A DNA stretch of 63,308 bases, counting the filler. It is 4 parts of 4 records of this genome, joined end to end, with 100 filler letters (N's around TTAATTAATTAA, not from the genome) between each part and the next. Parts side by side here need not be neighbours in the genome. Positions count along the whole stretch, not along the records: positions 1 to 25,120 come from DRR723986_5295; positions 25,221 to 34,456 come from DRR723986_5305; 2 more parts are not named here. One strand, written 5' to 3'. Positions 19,218 to 29,211 of the stretch are shown piece after piece. Below the pieces are notes generated by a model. That model had not been told where the DNA came from and made no database searches. It was given only the letters and a program-made list of their open reading frames with translations. The stretch's first letter is position 1; each line of letters starts with the position of its first letter. Made by a program: the position numbers and the translations under genes.

Positions 19218-20699
19218 ATGGTTGAGACAAAAGCGGTCGGCAAGGTGCCGGCAATCATGGTCCAGGGCACAGGCTCGAATGTTGGCAAAAGCCTGATCGT
19301 CGCCGGTCTGTGCCGTCTCTTTGCCAACCGTGGCCTGAAAGTTCGCCCCTTCAAGCCGCAGAACATGTCAAACAACGCTGCCGTAACAGCCGACGGCGGC
19401 GAAATCGGCAGGGCCCAGGCGCTTCAGGCCATGGGCTGCCGCGTTCCGTTGAGTGTTCACATGAACCCCGTTCTGTTGAAGCCCGAAACCGACACCGGTG
19501 CTCAGGTAATCGTGCAGGGCAAGCGACATGGCACGATGCGGGCGCGCGAATATGGAAAGCAGAAAACTGAATTATTACCGAAGGTTCTGGAGAGTTTTTC
19601 GATAAACGCCTCAGGTGTTGATCTGGTGATTGTCGAGGGAGCAGGAAGCCCTGCGGAAATCAATCTCCGCTCTGGAGACATCGCCAACATGGGATTTGCC
19701 GAGGCGGCGGATCTGCCGGTGATCCTGTGTGCGGATATAGATCGCGGCGGGGTTATTGCATCAGTCGTCGGAACCTGTGCTGTCCTTGAAGGAAAGGAAC
19801 GACAGCGCATCAAGGGCTTCTTCATTAACCGGTTCAGGGGAGACCCAAGCCTGTTCGACGAAGGCTTGCGAGAAATCGAGCAGCGCACCGGATGGCAAGG
19901 TCTCGGTGTAGTCCCGTGGTTTGCGGATGCTGCGAAACTTCCGGCTGAAGATGCGCTCGGTCTGGCGGACGGGTTTGGTGACGGGGGGCTCAAGATCGTT
20001 GTTCCCGTGATCTCGCGGATCGCCAACTTCGACGACCTGGATCCGCTCCGGCTTGAACCGGGTGTTACGCTTGAGCTTGTTCAACCCGGCACCCCGTTGC
20101 CGGGAGACGCCGACGTCGTGCTGTTGCCCGGGTCCAAGTCCACTGTTGGTGATCTCGCCTTTTTCCGCAGACAGGGTTGGGACATAGATCTCAAGGCACA
20201 CCACCGGCGGGGCGGGCACATCCTGGGCGTCTGCGGTGGATATCAGATGCTGGGCAAGGTCATCTCGGATCCGGACGGTATCGAGGGATCTCCCGGAACG
20301 GTCGAAGGCCTGGGATATCTGGATGTCGAGACCATCTTGACGGAAGATAAATCGACCGTTGCCGCACGCGCGACCCATGTTGCCAGCGGAGCCCCTGTCT
20401 CCGGCTACGAAATTCATGTTGGCCGAACGTCCGGGCCAGACTGTACCAATCCCATGATGCGCCTTGATGATGGTCGGTCCGATGGTGCGGTCTCAGCGGA
20501 TGGCCGAGTGTACGGAACCTACATTCACGGCCTGTTCACCGCCGATGCGTTCCGGACGGCATACCTGAATGCTTTCGGCGTGCGCTCAGACATCAGTTAT
20601 GACAAGGACATAGACAGGATTCTGGATAATCTTGCAGGGCATCTGGACAGCGTCCTCGACGTGGAGGCCATCCTGAAGATCGCACGCGGCGCGGCTTAA
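19218..20699 (+). CDS. cobQ: Cobyric acid synthase
   Basis: [55 protein letters not shown]. Confidence 0.96.
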   Translation: MVETKAVGKVPAIMVQGTGSNVGKSLIVAGLCRLFANRGLKVRPFKPQNMSNNAAVTADGGEIGRAQALQAMGCRVPLSVHMNPVLLKPETDTGAQVIVQGKRHGTMRAREYGKQKTELLPKVLESFSINASGVDLVIVEGAGSPAEINLRSGDIANMGFAEAADLPVILCADIDRGGVIASVVGTCAVLEGKERQRIKGFFINRFRGDPSLFDEGLREIEQRTGWQGLGVVPWFADAAKLPAEDALGLADGFGDGGLKIVVPVISRIANFDDLDPLRLEPGVTLELVQPGTPLPGDADVVLLPGSKSTVGDLAFFRRQGWDIDLKAHHRRGGHILGVCGGYQMLGKVISDPDGIEGSPGTVEGLGYLDVETILTEDKSTVAARATHVASGAPVSGYEIHVGRTSGPDCTNPMMRLDDGRSDGAVSADGRVYGTYIHGLFTADAFRTAYLNAFGVRSDISYDKDIDRILDNLAGHLDSVLDVEAILKIARGAA

Positions 20700-20709
20700 A
20701 ACGCCTGAC

Positions 20710-21687
20710 CTAGAAGGCCAGCAATAGCGCCAGACCTGCAATCAGCAACGCTTCGAGTGCGTAGCAGCCAATGAGGATCCTCAAGGCGCGCGAAATATCT
20801 TCTGCCCTCGCATCCTTTCGTCCACTCGCATTCAGATACCGGTCATTGACGGTGTAACCCGGATAGATCCGAGGTCCTGCAAGAGCCAGGTTCAATGCGC
20901 CTGCCATGGCCGCCTCCGGCCAACCGGCATTTGGCGAGCGGTGCTTGCGGGCGTCGTCCAGAATACAGGCAATGCTCTTGCGGACCGAGCCCCGGGACAA
21001 GGGCGCACACAGGGCGATAAACAGCCCTGCCAGGCGCGAGGCGGGCAGATTGACCAGATCGTCGAAACGGGCAGCCGCCCAGCCGAAGTCGGCATAAACC
21101 TCGTTCTTGTGGCCAATCATGCTGTCGGCTGTATTCACCGCCTTGTAGACGATCAATCCGGGCAGGCCGAGCACGGCGAACCAGAAGACGGGCGCCACGA
21201 TACCGTCGGAATAATTCTCGGCGCAGGATTCGATGGCTGCCCGCGAGACACCGGCTTCGTACAGCCGGTTCGGGTCACGTCCGACAATCATGGAAACCGC
21301 CTTGCGGCCACCTTCCAACCCGTCCTTCAACAGGCCATCCCGCACGGCTGCCACGTGACGGTAAAGACTGTTTTGGGCGATAAACACCGCAGCTACGACA
21401 GCTTCGAGCACCCTGCCATATGGCAGCCACTTCGAAACGGCCTCAATGACGACGCCGGCAAGTCCGGCGCTGACAAGCAGCGCCAGGAGTGTCAGCACGC
21501 CGCCGAGCTTGCGTGTCGCCGGTGCGAATTCCGTTTTGTTGAAATGCCGGTCGAACAGGCCGATCAAACTGCCGATCCAGACAACCGGATGCGGCAGACG
21601 TTGCCACATCCAGTCGGGGTCACCGATCAGGGCGTCCAGCAACAGCGCGGCGAGAAGCAGCCAGAGAGCGTGGTCGTAAAGCAGCAT
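20710..21687 (-). CDS. cobD: Adenosylcobinamide-phosphate synthase CobD/CbiB
   Basis: GDP..HPVVWIG, IVGRD, ESCAENYSDG, YKAVNTADSMIG, SPNAGWPEAAMAGAL. Confidence 0.95.
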   Translation of the reverse strand: MLLYDHALWLLLAALLLDALIGDPDWMWQRLPHPVVWIGSLIGLFDRHFNKTEFAPATRKLGGVLTLLALLVSAGLAGVVIEAVSKWLPYGRVLEAVVAAVFIAQNSLYRHVAAVRDGLLKDGLEGGRKAVSMIVGRDPNRLYEAGVSRAAIESCAENYSDGIVAPVFWFAVLGLPGLIVYKAVNTADSMIGHKNEVYADFGWAAARFDDLVNLPASRLAGLFIALCAPLSRGSVRKSIACILDDARKHRSPNAGWPEAAMAGALNLALAGPRIYPGYTVNDRYLNASGRKDARAEDISRALRILIGCYALEALLIAGLALLLAF

Positions 21688-21696
21688 CCCGGTCCG

Positions 21697-22698
21697 TCAG
21701 ACCTCTTTTAGCGCTTCTGCAAGAGCGTCTGTCAGACGTTTGAGATTTTCCGGTCCACCTGGAAGGCCAAAGCGGATCCAGGTTGGTGCGTAGTCGAAGA
21801 TCCGCGTCCAGATCCTTCTGCGGGCAAGGGCCTCATGCAGGCCTTTTGGATTGCGCAGACCGGCAAGCGCATAGAGAGGGGTGCCGCCGAAGACACTGAG
21901 ACCTGCCTCGGAAAGTGCGACTGTCAGGTCCGCCATGTCTTCGATCAACTGCCTGGTTGTCCGATCTTGCCAGGTGCTGTCACGCAGTGCCCTGGCCCCG
22001 ATTTCCAGTGCCGGTCCGCTGAGACTCCAGCTGTCCAGCAGGCCGGACATTCTGGAAATGGCGGTTTTTTCGCCTGCAAGAAATCCGATCCGCAGTCCCG
22101 CAAGACCGAAGAACTTTCCGAAGGACCGCAAAACGACAACGTTTTCGGTTCCGATGTGCGGCAGCAAGGTCGCGCCCGGAACGACATCGGCAAAGGCTTC
22201 GTCCACCACCAGATAACCGCCGCGTGCGCTCAGTGTCCGCGCGATTTCGATCAGGCTTTTGACATCTATCAGACGTCCGTCCGGATTGTTCGGATTGACC
22301 AGAACCACGATCTTTGCATCAGCGGGCAGGGAGTAGACGCTGGATACTTCGATAGGTGCTCGGCTTTCCCGCGTCCAGGCATCCCTGTGGCTGGTATAGG
22401 TGGGCGACGCGAGAACGACCGGCCCTTCAGGAAGGATGGTCGGTAGAAGCGACAGCAGGACCTGTGTTCCAGGCGCTGCACAGACAGCGAGATTGTCGGG
22501 AATGCGATAAGCTTGGCGCGCAGCTGCAATCAGGTGTTCTTCGGCGCCGCGTGCCGGCAGGCTGGTCCAGGTGGACAGCGGCAGGTCGTCAGGCACGGGA
22601 TAGCTGTATGGATTTATCCCGGTCGATAAATCCAGCCAGTCGACATGCGTTCCGCCAAAGCGCTCAATCGCAAGGGTCAAATCCCCGCCGTGTTCCAT
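21697..22698 (-). CDS. cobC: Threonine-phosphate decarboxylase (CobC; PLP-dependent)
   Basis: MEHGGDL...WLDLSTGINP, VNPNNPDG, VVDEAFAD, LRSFGKFFGLAGLRIGF; ATG 22698 after GAGG (track start 22746). Confidence 0.9.
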   Translation of the reverse strand: MEHGGDLTLAIERFGGTHVDWLDLSTGINPYSYPVPDDLPLSTWTSLPARGAEEHLIAAARQAYRIPDNLAVCAAPGTQVLLSLLPTILPEGPVVLASPTYTSHRDAWTRESRAPIEVSSVYSLPADAKIVVLVNPNNPDGRLIDVKSLIEIARTLSARGGYLVVDEAFADVVPGATLLPHIGTENVVVLRSFGKFFGLAGLRIGFLAGEKTAISRMSGLLDSWSLSGPALEIGARALRDSTWQDRTTRQLIEDMADLTVALSEAGLSVFGGTPLYALAGLRNPKGLHEALARRRIWTRIFDYAPTWIRFGLPGGPENLKRLTDALAEALKEV

Positions 22699-22984
22699 GA
22701 AAATGCCTCTTGCAGTTGGCAGGTCGGCCGATCTGCCTTTCGTCACTCATCTAGCCGGTAGGAAGGCCAAAAGTACAGACGGTTCCCGACATGCGTTGCC
22801 GCAAGAACGTCCTGTGCTTTTGTTCGTCCTGTCCCAAAAGCTGTTATGCGCTGTTGCCTGCCTTTTCAAACATTTATCCGTGTTCGGTACTGCGCTTCTG
22901 TCATTAGGGTGCAAGTGAGGCGGGTAAGGCAGAAGGCGACGCAACTTTGGACGCATTGACAGATCCGTCAAAGTGCAGAAAAAA

Positions 22985-22999
22985 GAACAAAAGAAGAAC
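22985..22999 (+). promoter_or_regulatory. Alphaproteobacterial LexA (SOS) box GAAC-N7-GAAC
   Basis: GAAC AAAAGAA GAAC with A-rich spacer, 23 nt before ATG 23023. Confidence 0.7.
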
Positions 23000-23022
23000 A
23001 GTGTGCACCAAAGGACGCCCCG

Positions 23023-23265
23023 ATGGCAAAGACCAGCCACCATTCACCATTGCAGGACGTGGAACGCGACGCCCTGCTGGCTCAGCTTGCGCTGGCGCGG
23101 CAGGCCTTGATCAAGGCGCAGCGCGGCATGCGCCCCAGATCCGGACTGTCGCGCTCTGCCGCTGCGGTGATAGAGGAAATCGACGAATTTGCCTTTGTGC
23201 TGACCGGTTCGACCGAGTTTTTTCACACAGGCGCCCACGGAACGCCGCCAAGACACCCCGGTTGA
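23023..23265 (+). CDS. Small hypothetical protein (80 aa, predicted helical)
   Basis: AAGGA RBS, ATG start, fills the intergenic gap, converges on the YbdK gene, preceded by a LexA-type box. Confidence 0.7.
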   Translation: MAKTSHHSPLQDVERDALLAQLALARQALIKAQRGMRPRSGLSRSAAAVIEEIDEFAFVLTGSTEFFHTGAHGTPPRHPG

Positions 23266-23297
23266 TCGTGGCGAGAGCCGACCCACGATTGGATTGA

Positions 23298-24428
23298 TCA
23301 AAGCCCTCGTTGGGTCTCGGAAATCAACAGGTCGACAATCCTGTCGAGAGTGTCCTGGGGCAGGTGACCGTCTTCAGGAATATCACCAGCCAGTTCCAGC
23401 TGGCGTTCTGCGGAGGTGCCCCGGGCGGCGATCTCCCTCAAATGGTTCACGTCGGACACGCAGTCAAAATGAACTGCGTCCGGAAGAATGAGTTCAATCA
23501 GTTCCTCGATCATGTCCGGAAAGGCTGCCGTTTCGTTGCGGCCGAAATCGATCAGTTGTGCATTTGTGCCGTGTCGTTGTGCCTGCCAGCGGTTTTCCGC
23601 CAGCAGAAATCGTGAATATTGCCGCCAACCCTGATTGGCGCGGCGCAACCTGTAAAGCATGCGGCACAGGCATCTGAAAGTCGCCGCTATGGCGACGGCG
23701 TCGTCAAGCAAGGGGCAGACATCGGTAATGCGCATTTCCAGTGTCGGAAACCGGTCGGAGGGGCGCAGGTCCCACCAGATCTTGGTGGCATCTTCGATGA
23801 CACCGGCGCGAACGAGAATGTCGACCGTGTGCCGATAGTCGAAGTAACTGTCGAACCCGGGTGGCAGGCCGGTCCGCGGCATTTCGTTGAAAACCGATAG
23901 GCGATAGGACTTCAAGCCGGTGTTCCGACCACGCCAGAACGGGGATGAAGTGCTGAGTGCGAGCAGGTGCGGCAGAAAATAGGCGAGCTGATTGAACAGC
24001 TCGATGCGCAGTTCTTCGTCTTCGATACCGACATGAACATGCATTCCGCAGATCACCATGCGCTTGACCACGAGCTGCATGGTCCTGGCGATCTCGTTGT
24101 AACGTTCCTTGTCTGTGTGCGGCTGGTCCGTCCAGTCGGCGAAAGGGTGGGTTGAAGACGCAATCGGCGCCAGGTCGAACATTGCCGCCTCGCGAGCAAT
24201 GGTCTTGCGGAAATAGCCGAGTTCCGTTCGTACTTCCTGCAGATTGGAGCAAACCGGTGTTCCAACCTCGATCTGACATTTCAGAAATTCAGGACTGACT
24301 CGTCCTTCGAGGGCGCTTTCGCAGGCCTTGAACAGTTCCGGTGGCGGCGAACTCGCCAACATGCGGGTCGATCTGTCGACAAGGAGATATTCTTCCTCGA
24401 CGCCAATGCTGAAACTCGGTTCCTTCAT
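23298..24428 (-). CDS. YbdK-family carboxylate-amine ligase (GCS2)
   Basis: SIGVEEEYLLVD, CGMHVHVGI, LSTSSPFW, IWWDLRPS..FPTLEMRITD, ENRWQAQRHG. Confidence 0.92.
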   Translation of the reverse strand: MKEPSFSIGVEEEYLLVDRSTRMLASSPPPELFKACESALEGRVSPEFLKCQIEVGTPVCSNLQEVRTELGYFRKTIAREAAMFDLAPIASSTHPFADWTDQPHTDKERYNEIARTMQLVVKRMVICGMHVHVGIEDEELRIELFNQLAYFLPHLLALSTSSPFWRGRNTGLKSYRLSVFNEMPRTGLPPGFDSYFDYRHTVDILVRAGVIEDATKIWWDLRPSDRFPTLEMRITDVCPLLDDAVAIAATFRCLCRMLYRLRRANQGWRQYSRFLLAENRWQAQRHGTNAQLIDFGRNETAAFPDMIEELIELILPDAVHFDCVSDVNHLREIAARGTSAERQLELAGDIPEDGHLPQDTLDRIVDLLISETQRGL

Positions 24429-24526
24429 GTTGGGCAGCTTCCGTGCTGTTACAGCGTTCGGTCAAGGCAGGATAAATGCGGATGGAGCACCTGAGAAATG
24501 ATCGACACCCGGATCCTTGCCAAAAA

Positions 24527-24958
24527 CTACCAGATGTTACCCGCGCCAGGTGTATAGGCAGCACCCATCACCGTGTTCGCCTTGACGATGTCGCACTCAA
24601 GAATGCCGGAAAACCTGGCGATGGGAGTGCTTGTCTCGGTCATGCTGGCAGAAACCTTGAATTTGCTTCCGGCCGAGATCTCGACAGTGTCCATGCCCTG
24701 GATGAGCACGCTTTTCGGCGCACTGATGATGACATCCTGGTTCTGTAGCGAAATCACGCTTTCCAGATCAGCTATTCGGTTTTCCAGGTCATTGATGCGC
24801 TGGCGCAAGGCTTCCACAAGAGCCGCGGTATTGTCGCTCGCGGAAACCGCTTGCGGTGTCTTGCGCGGCCGGGGCGGTTCAACGCGTTTCATGGTTGATG
24901 TCGTGATCACTCGCGCCGGTTTGCCTGGCGCTGGCGGACTTCCACCTGGTGTTTTCAT
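24527..24958 (-). CDS. Hypothetical protein: Pro-rich N-terminus, coiled coil, spike-tip-like beta-rich C-terminus
   Basis: AAGGGG RBS; heptads LVEALRQRINDLENRIADLESVI; ends FSGILECDIVKANTVMGAAYTPGAGNIW. Confidence 0.7.
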   Translation of the reverse strand: MKTPGGSPPAPGKPARVITTSTMKRVEPPRPRKTPQAVSASDNTAALVEALRQRINDLENRIADLESVISLQNQDVIISAPKSVLIQGMDTVEISAGSKFKVSASMTETSTPIARFSGILECDIVKANTVMGAAYTPGAGNIW

Positions 24959-25079
24959 GGCACATCCCCTTTATCAAGGCTTCTGAACAGAAGCTAACAT
25001 GACGCAAGGGAAAGATGTAGCATCGGCTTCGTTCAAGACAACGAACGCCTGAAAACATGCAATGATCTGAAAAAGTGTC

Positions 25080-25120
25080 TGGAGGCCCCGACCGGAATCG
25101 AACCGGTGTACACGGATTTG
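25080..25120 (-). tRNA. tRNA-Cys(GCA), 3' half only (cut by contig end)
   Basis: Reverse complement CAAATCCGTGTACACCGGTTCGATTCCGGTCGGGGCCTCCA: T loop, U73 discriminator, CCA, last two anticodon bases CA. Confidence 0.8.
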
Positions 25121-25220
25121 NNNNNNNNNNNNNNNNNNNNNNNNNNNNNNNNNNNNNNNNNNNNTTAATTAATTAANNNNNNNNNNNNNNNNNNNNNNNN
25201 NNNNNNNNNNNNNNNNNNNN
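25121..25220. other. Artificial contig spacer
   Basis: N44-TTAATTAATTAA-N44 (stops in all six frames). Confidence 0.98.
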
Positions 25221-25520
25221 CTCTTTTTCATAGACATCGCGATGCGCCTCGACGGTGACATCGCGCCCCGTCAGCCCGGTGCCGCCCGTGGAAATCACCA
25301 CATCTACCTCGGGGTCCGCCACCCATGCGCGCAGCTGGGCGGCAATATCGGCGCGCTCGTCGCGCACGATTTGGCGATCGGCCAGAATGTGGCCTGCCTC
25401 GGTCAGGCGATCGACCAATGTTTGCCCCGAGCGGTCTTCGGCCAGGCTGCGCGTGTCGCTGACTGTCAAAATCGCGATGCGCACGGGGATGAATTCTTTG
25501 GTTTCGTCAATACGGGGCAT
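25221..25520 (-). CDS. moaB: Molybdenum cofactor biosynthesis protein B (partial)
   Basis: FIPVRIAILTVSDTR...DRSG...VVISTGGTGLTGRDVT. Confidence 0.92.
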
Positions 25521-25546
25521 GGGATGCTCGGGGTTAGGGTAGTGGG

Positions 25547-26392
25547 TTAGGGAGTGGTGGTTAATTGGGCTTTAAGCGCCAGCAAATCTGCCCAGGCCTG
25601 GCGTTTGGCGGCGGGCTGGCGCAGCAGATAGGCGGGGTGGAACATGGGCAGGCAGGGCAGGCCCATGGCGCTGGTCCATGTGCCGCGCAACCGGGTGATG
25701 CCGGTTTGGCCCAGTATCGCCTGGGCGCTGATATTGCCCATCACCACCAGCAGCTTGGGCGCGGCCAGTTCAATATGGCGCTGCAGGAAGGGCACCATCA
25801 TGGCAATTTCGCTTGGGTTCGGGTCGCGGTTTTGCGGCGGGCGCCAGGGCAAGACATTGGTGATATAAACCGGGCTTTGCCCCGGGCCGGGCTGGCGCGA
25901 CAGATCGATGGCCGCCAGCATACGATCCAGCAGCTGGCCGGCAGGCCCCACAAAGGGCAGGCCGGCGCGGTCTTCTTCGCGGCCGGGGGCCTCGCCGATA
26001 ATCATCACCGGGGCGCCGGGCACACCATCGGCGAAAACCAAACTGCGCGCCCCCCGTTTCAGCGCGCATTCGTTGAACCCATCAAGGGCTGCGCGCAGTT
26101 GCGCCAGATCTTGCGCGGACGTTGCCGCCTGCTTTGCCTGGGCCACCGCATCGGGGCCGGGCTGGGCGCGCATCGGCGCAGGCTGCGGCGGGGCCGGGTT
26201 GGTGCGCGGGTCTGCCGCACCTGCCTGGGCCTCAGCGGTGGGGGCGGCGGCGGCTTTGCGCGGCTCTTGGGCCAGCTCATAGCGGTTGATCGGGCCATCG
26301 CCAATGGCCTCGGTCGCGCCAAGTTCGGCCTGCCATTCCAGCAGGGCCATGGCCAGATCTGGCGTAATCAAAGGGGGCAGTTGCGATTCCAT
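25547..26392 (-). CDS. Uracil-DNA glycosylase, family 4 type
   Basis: MIIGEAPGREED, PFVGPAGQLLDRML, YITNVLPWRPPQNRDP, MFHPAYLLR. Confidence 0.92.
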   Translation of the reverse strand: MESQLPPLITPDLAMALLEWQAELGATEAIGDGPINRYELAQEPRKAAAAPTAEAQAGAADPRTNPAPPQPAPMRAQPGPDAVAQAKQAATSAQDLAQLRAALDGFNECALKRGARSLVFADGVPGAPVMIIGEAPGREEDRAGLPFVGPAGQLLDRMLAAIDLSRQPGPGQSPVYITNVLPWRPPQNRDPNPSEIAMMVPFLQRHIELAAPKLLVVMGNISAQAILGQTGITRLRGTWTSAMGLPCLPMFHPAYLLRQPAAKRQAWADLLALKAQLTTTP

Positions 26393-26430
26393 AGCGCCAG
26401 CCTAGTCTGCCTTGCGGGTCAGGGAAAGCA

Positions 26431-27399
26431 TCAGGGCCGCGGGGCCGCGGCGCGGCGCAAGCGGTCGTTGATGGCCAGCCCAACACCATGATCGGGCACG
26501 GGGGCCACAGCAATGCCCGCCACGCCCGGCTGATCAAGCTGGTGGAGATAGTCAAAAAGGTTGGTGGCGGCCTCGCTTAGATCCCCTGCCGCCGAGAGGT
26601 TTAGCGCGCCATCCACCGCACCAAAGCCCAGCATCACCTCGCCGGGGTGGGGGGCGCTGGCGTTCAGCCGCACCAGGGCGCCGGGGGCGTAATGCGACAA
26701 TAGCTGCCCTGGTGCTGTGATGTTTTCGGGCTGCGCGCCTGGGCTTGGCGCATCCGTGACAAGCGCCTCTGGGGCCAGGCTCAGCACCTTGGCCAGCGCG
26801 GCCGCGGTGGCGCCACCGGGGCGCAACAGCTGTGGGCGCGGCTCTAGCGCCACAATCGTGCTTTCCAGCCCCACCGCGCAGGGCCCGCCATCGAGAACCG
26901 CGGCGATTTTTCCGTCGAGCCCTGCCAAAACATGCGCGGCACTTGTGGGGCTGATACGCCCCGATGGGTTGGCCGAGGGCGCGGCCACCGGCCCCCCAAA
27001 GGCCTGCAACAGCCGGCGCGCCAGCGGGTGGGCGGGCACGCGAATGGCAACCGTGGGCAGCCCGGCTGTCACCAAATGCGACAGCCCATGCCCCGCCTTT
27101 AGCGGCAAGACCAGCGTCAGGGGGCCGGGCCAAAACGCATCGGCCAGGGCCTGCGCCTGCGCCGACCAATGAACATAGCGCTGGGCTGCGGCTATATCGG
27201 GTAGGTGCACAATCAGCGGGTTAAAGCTGGGGCGCCCCTTGGCGGCATAGATGGCGGCCACGGCCTGATCGGCGCGCGCATCGCCCCCAAGGCCGTAAAC
27301 CGTTTCGGTTGGGAAGGCCACAAGCCGCCTTGCAGACAGTAATTCCGCGGCGCGGGAAATGCCTTGGTTGTCCGGATTTAATGTCTGGGTTTTGGCCAT
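26431..27399 (-). CDS. tsaC: L-threonylcarbamoyladenylate synthase (Sua5/TsaC)
   Basis: AFPTETVYGLG, KGRPSFNPLIVH, FWPGPLT, APSANPSG, APGQLLSHYAP; start reassigned to ATG 27399. Confidence 0.93.
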   Translation of the reverse strand: MAKTQTLNPDNQGISRAAELLSARRLVAFPTETVYGLGGDARADQAVAAIYAAKGRPSFNPLIVHLPDIAAAQRYVHWSAQAQALADAFWPGPLTLVLPLKAGHGLSHLVTAGLPTVAIRVPAHPLARRLLQAFGGPVAAPSANPSGRISPTSAAHVLAGLDGKIAAVLDGGPCAVGLESTIVALEPRPQLLRPGGATAAALAKVLSLAPEALVTDAPSPGAQPENITAPGQLLSHYAPGALVRLNASAPHPGEVMLGFGAVDGALNLSAAGDLSEAATNLFDYLHQLDQPGVAGIAVAPVPDHGVGLAINDRLRRAAAPRP

Positions 27400-27516
27400 G
27401 TCTGACGCCGCGTTCTGTTTGGCACGCCCCAAGCGTGCGGATAGTTTGCCGTGGATATGAACAGGCTTACAGGCAGTTGTGGTGAAATCCAAGCTGCTGT
27501 TCTCAAGGAGTGCGCT

Positions 27517-29211
27517 ATGCCTTTTCGAGCCCCGTTGGACGAATTCCGCTTTATCTTTGCCCATGTGTCCGATTTTCAGAAACTGCCCGAAACCGCGCTT
27601 TTTGACGATGCAACCCCAGATATGGTGGATGCCATTCTAAACGGTGCGGGCCGCATCTGCGAAGAGGTGATGGCCCCCCTAAGGCGCCCGGGCGATATGA
27701 CGCCGGCCAAGCTGGAAAATGGCGTTGTGCGCACACCGCCGGGCCATGCCGAGGCGTTTCGCGCACTGGCCGATGGGGGCTGGGTGGCGCTGTCTGCCCC
27801 GCAAGACTTTGGCGGCATGGGCCTGCCGCTGGCGCTGACAACGGCGTTTAACGAAATGGCCGCCACCAGCGCCATGGGGCTGGGGCTGTGCCCGCTGTTG
27901 ACCCAAGGCCAGATCGAGGCGCTGGAACATCATGCCAGCGACGAGATCAAGGCGCTGTATCTGCCCAAGCTGATTTCGGGCGAATGGACCGGCACGATGA
28001 ACCTGACCGAACCTGGCGCAGGCTCGGATGTGGGGGCGCTGAAAACCCGCGCGATGCCCAATGGCGATGGCACCTATGCGATCACCGGGCAGAAGATTTA
28101 CATCACATGGGGCGATCATGATTTCGGCGGCAATGTCTGCCATCTTGTGCTGGCGCGCCTGCCCGATGGGGCGGCTGGCACCAAGGGCATCAGCCTCTTT
28201 ATGGTGCCCAAATACCTGCCCGATGATCAGGGCAACCCGGGCGTGGCCAACAGCCTGAAGGTGGTCAGCCTGGAACATAAAATGGGTATTCACGCCAGCC
28301 CCACGGCGGTGATGCAATATGATGGCGCCACAGGCTGGCTGGTGGGGGCCGAGCACAAAGGCATGGCCGCCATGTTTACAATGATGAACAACGCCCGCTT
28401 GGCGGTGGGGGCCCAGGGTGTGGGCTGTGCCGAAGGGGCCTATCAACAGGCGCTGGCCTATGCGGCCGAGCGCAAGCAGATGGGCCAGATCATCCAGCAC
28501 GCCGATGTGCGCCGCATGTTGCTGACGATGAAGGCCGAAACCTTTGCCGCCCGTGCCATTACCGTCAATTGTGCGGTGGCCTTGGATATGGCGCGTGCCA
28601 CCGAAAACCCCGAATGGGCCGCCCGCGCGGCATTGTTAACCCCGATTGCCAAGGCCTTTGCCACCGATATCGGCTGCGAAGTGGCCAGTTTGGGTATTCA
28701 AATCCATGGCGGTATGGGCTTTGTCGAAGAAACCGGCGCGGCCCAATATCTGCGCGATGCGCGTATCACGCCCATTTACGAAGGCACCAACGGTATTCAG
28801 GCGATGGATCTGGTGGGCCGCAAAATGATGGATGGCGGCGAGGCGGCTATGCGCCTGCTGGACGAGATCGAAACCCACGCCGAAGCCGCCCGCGCCCTGA
28901 TGCCTGATTTGGCCGAGGCGGTCTGGCAAGCCTGTGAAAGCCTGCGCGAGGCGGTGGAATGGATGCTGGCGCAAAGCGATATGAATGCCCGCTTTGCCGG
29001 GGCTGTGCCGTTTTTGCGCGGCTTTGCCCGGGTCTTGGGCGCGCATTACCACCTGCGCGCGGCCATGGCCGAGGGGGCAGGTGGCGCACGCAGCAAACTG
29101 GCGCGGTTTTACATCAACAAACTGTTGCCCGAGCATGACAGCGCGCTGCGCCATGCCATGGCCGGTGCCGATGATCTTTATGACATCACAAACGACGAGC
29201 TGGCCGCGTGA
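27517..29211 (+). CDS. Acyl-CoA dehydrogenase (DmdC/FadE-like long family)
   Basis: GTMNLTEPGAGSD, GQKIYITWGDHD, EHKMGIHASPT, HGGMGF, IYEGTNGIQA; AAGGAG RBS before ATG 27517. Confidence 0.92.
   Translation: MPFRAPLDEFRFIFAHVSDFQKLPETALFDDATPDMVDAILNGAGRICEEVMAPLRRPGDMTPAKLENGVVRTPPGHAEAFRALADGGWVALSAPQDFGGMGLPLALTTAFNEMAATSAMGLGLCPLLTQGQIEALEHHASDEIKALYLPKLISGEWTGTMNLTEPGAGSDVGALKTRAMPNGDGTYAITGQKIYITWGDHDFGGNVCHLVLARLPDGAAGTKGISLFMVPKYLPDDQGNPGVANSLKVVSLEHKMGIHASPTAVMQYDGATGWLVGAEHKGMAAMFTMMNNARLAVGAQGVGCAEGAYQQALAYAAERKQMGQIIQHADVRRMLLTMKAETFAARAITVNCAVALDMARATENPEWAARAALLTPIAKAFATDIGCEVASLGIQIHGGMGFVEETGAAQYLRDARITPIYEGTNGIQAMDLVGRKMMDGGEAAMRLLDEIETHAEAARALMPDLAEAVWQACESLREAVEWMLAQSDMNARFAGAVPFLRGFARVLGAHYHLRAAMAEGAGGARSKLARFYINKLLPEHDSALRHAMAGADDLYDITNDELAA

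Noticed and set aside
25165..25176. TTAATTAATTAA repeated three times in the window as a biological repeat or CtrA-like site
   Set aside because: Always centred in N-runs; an artificial six-frame stop linker.
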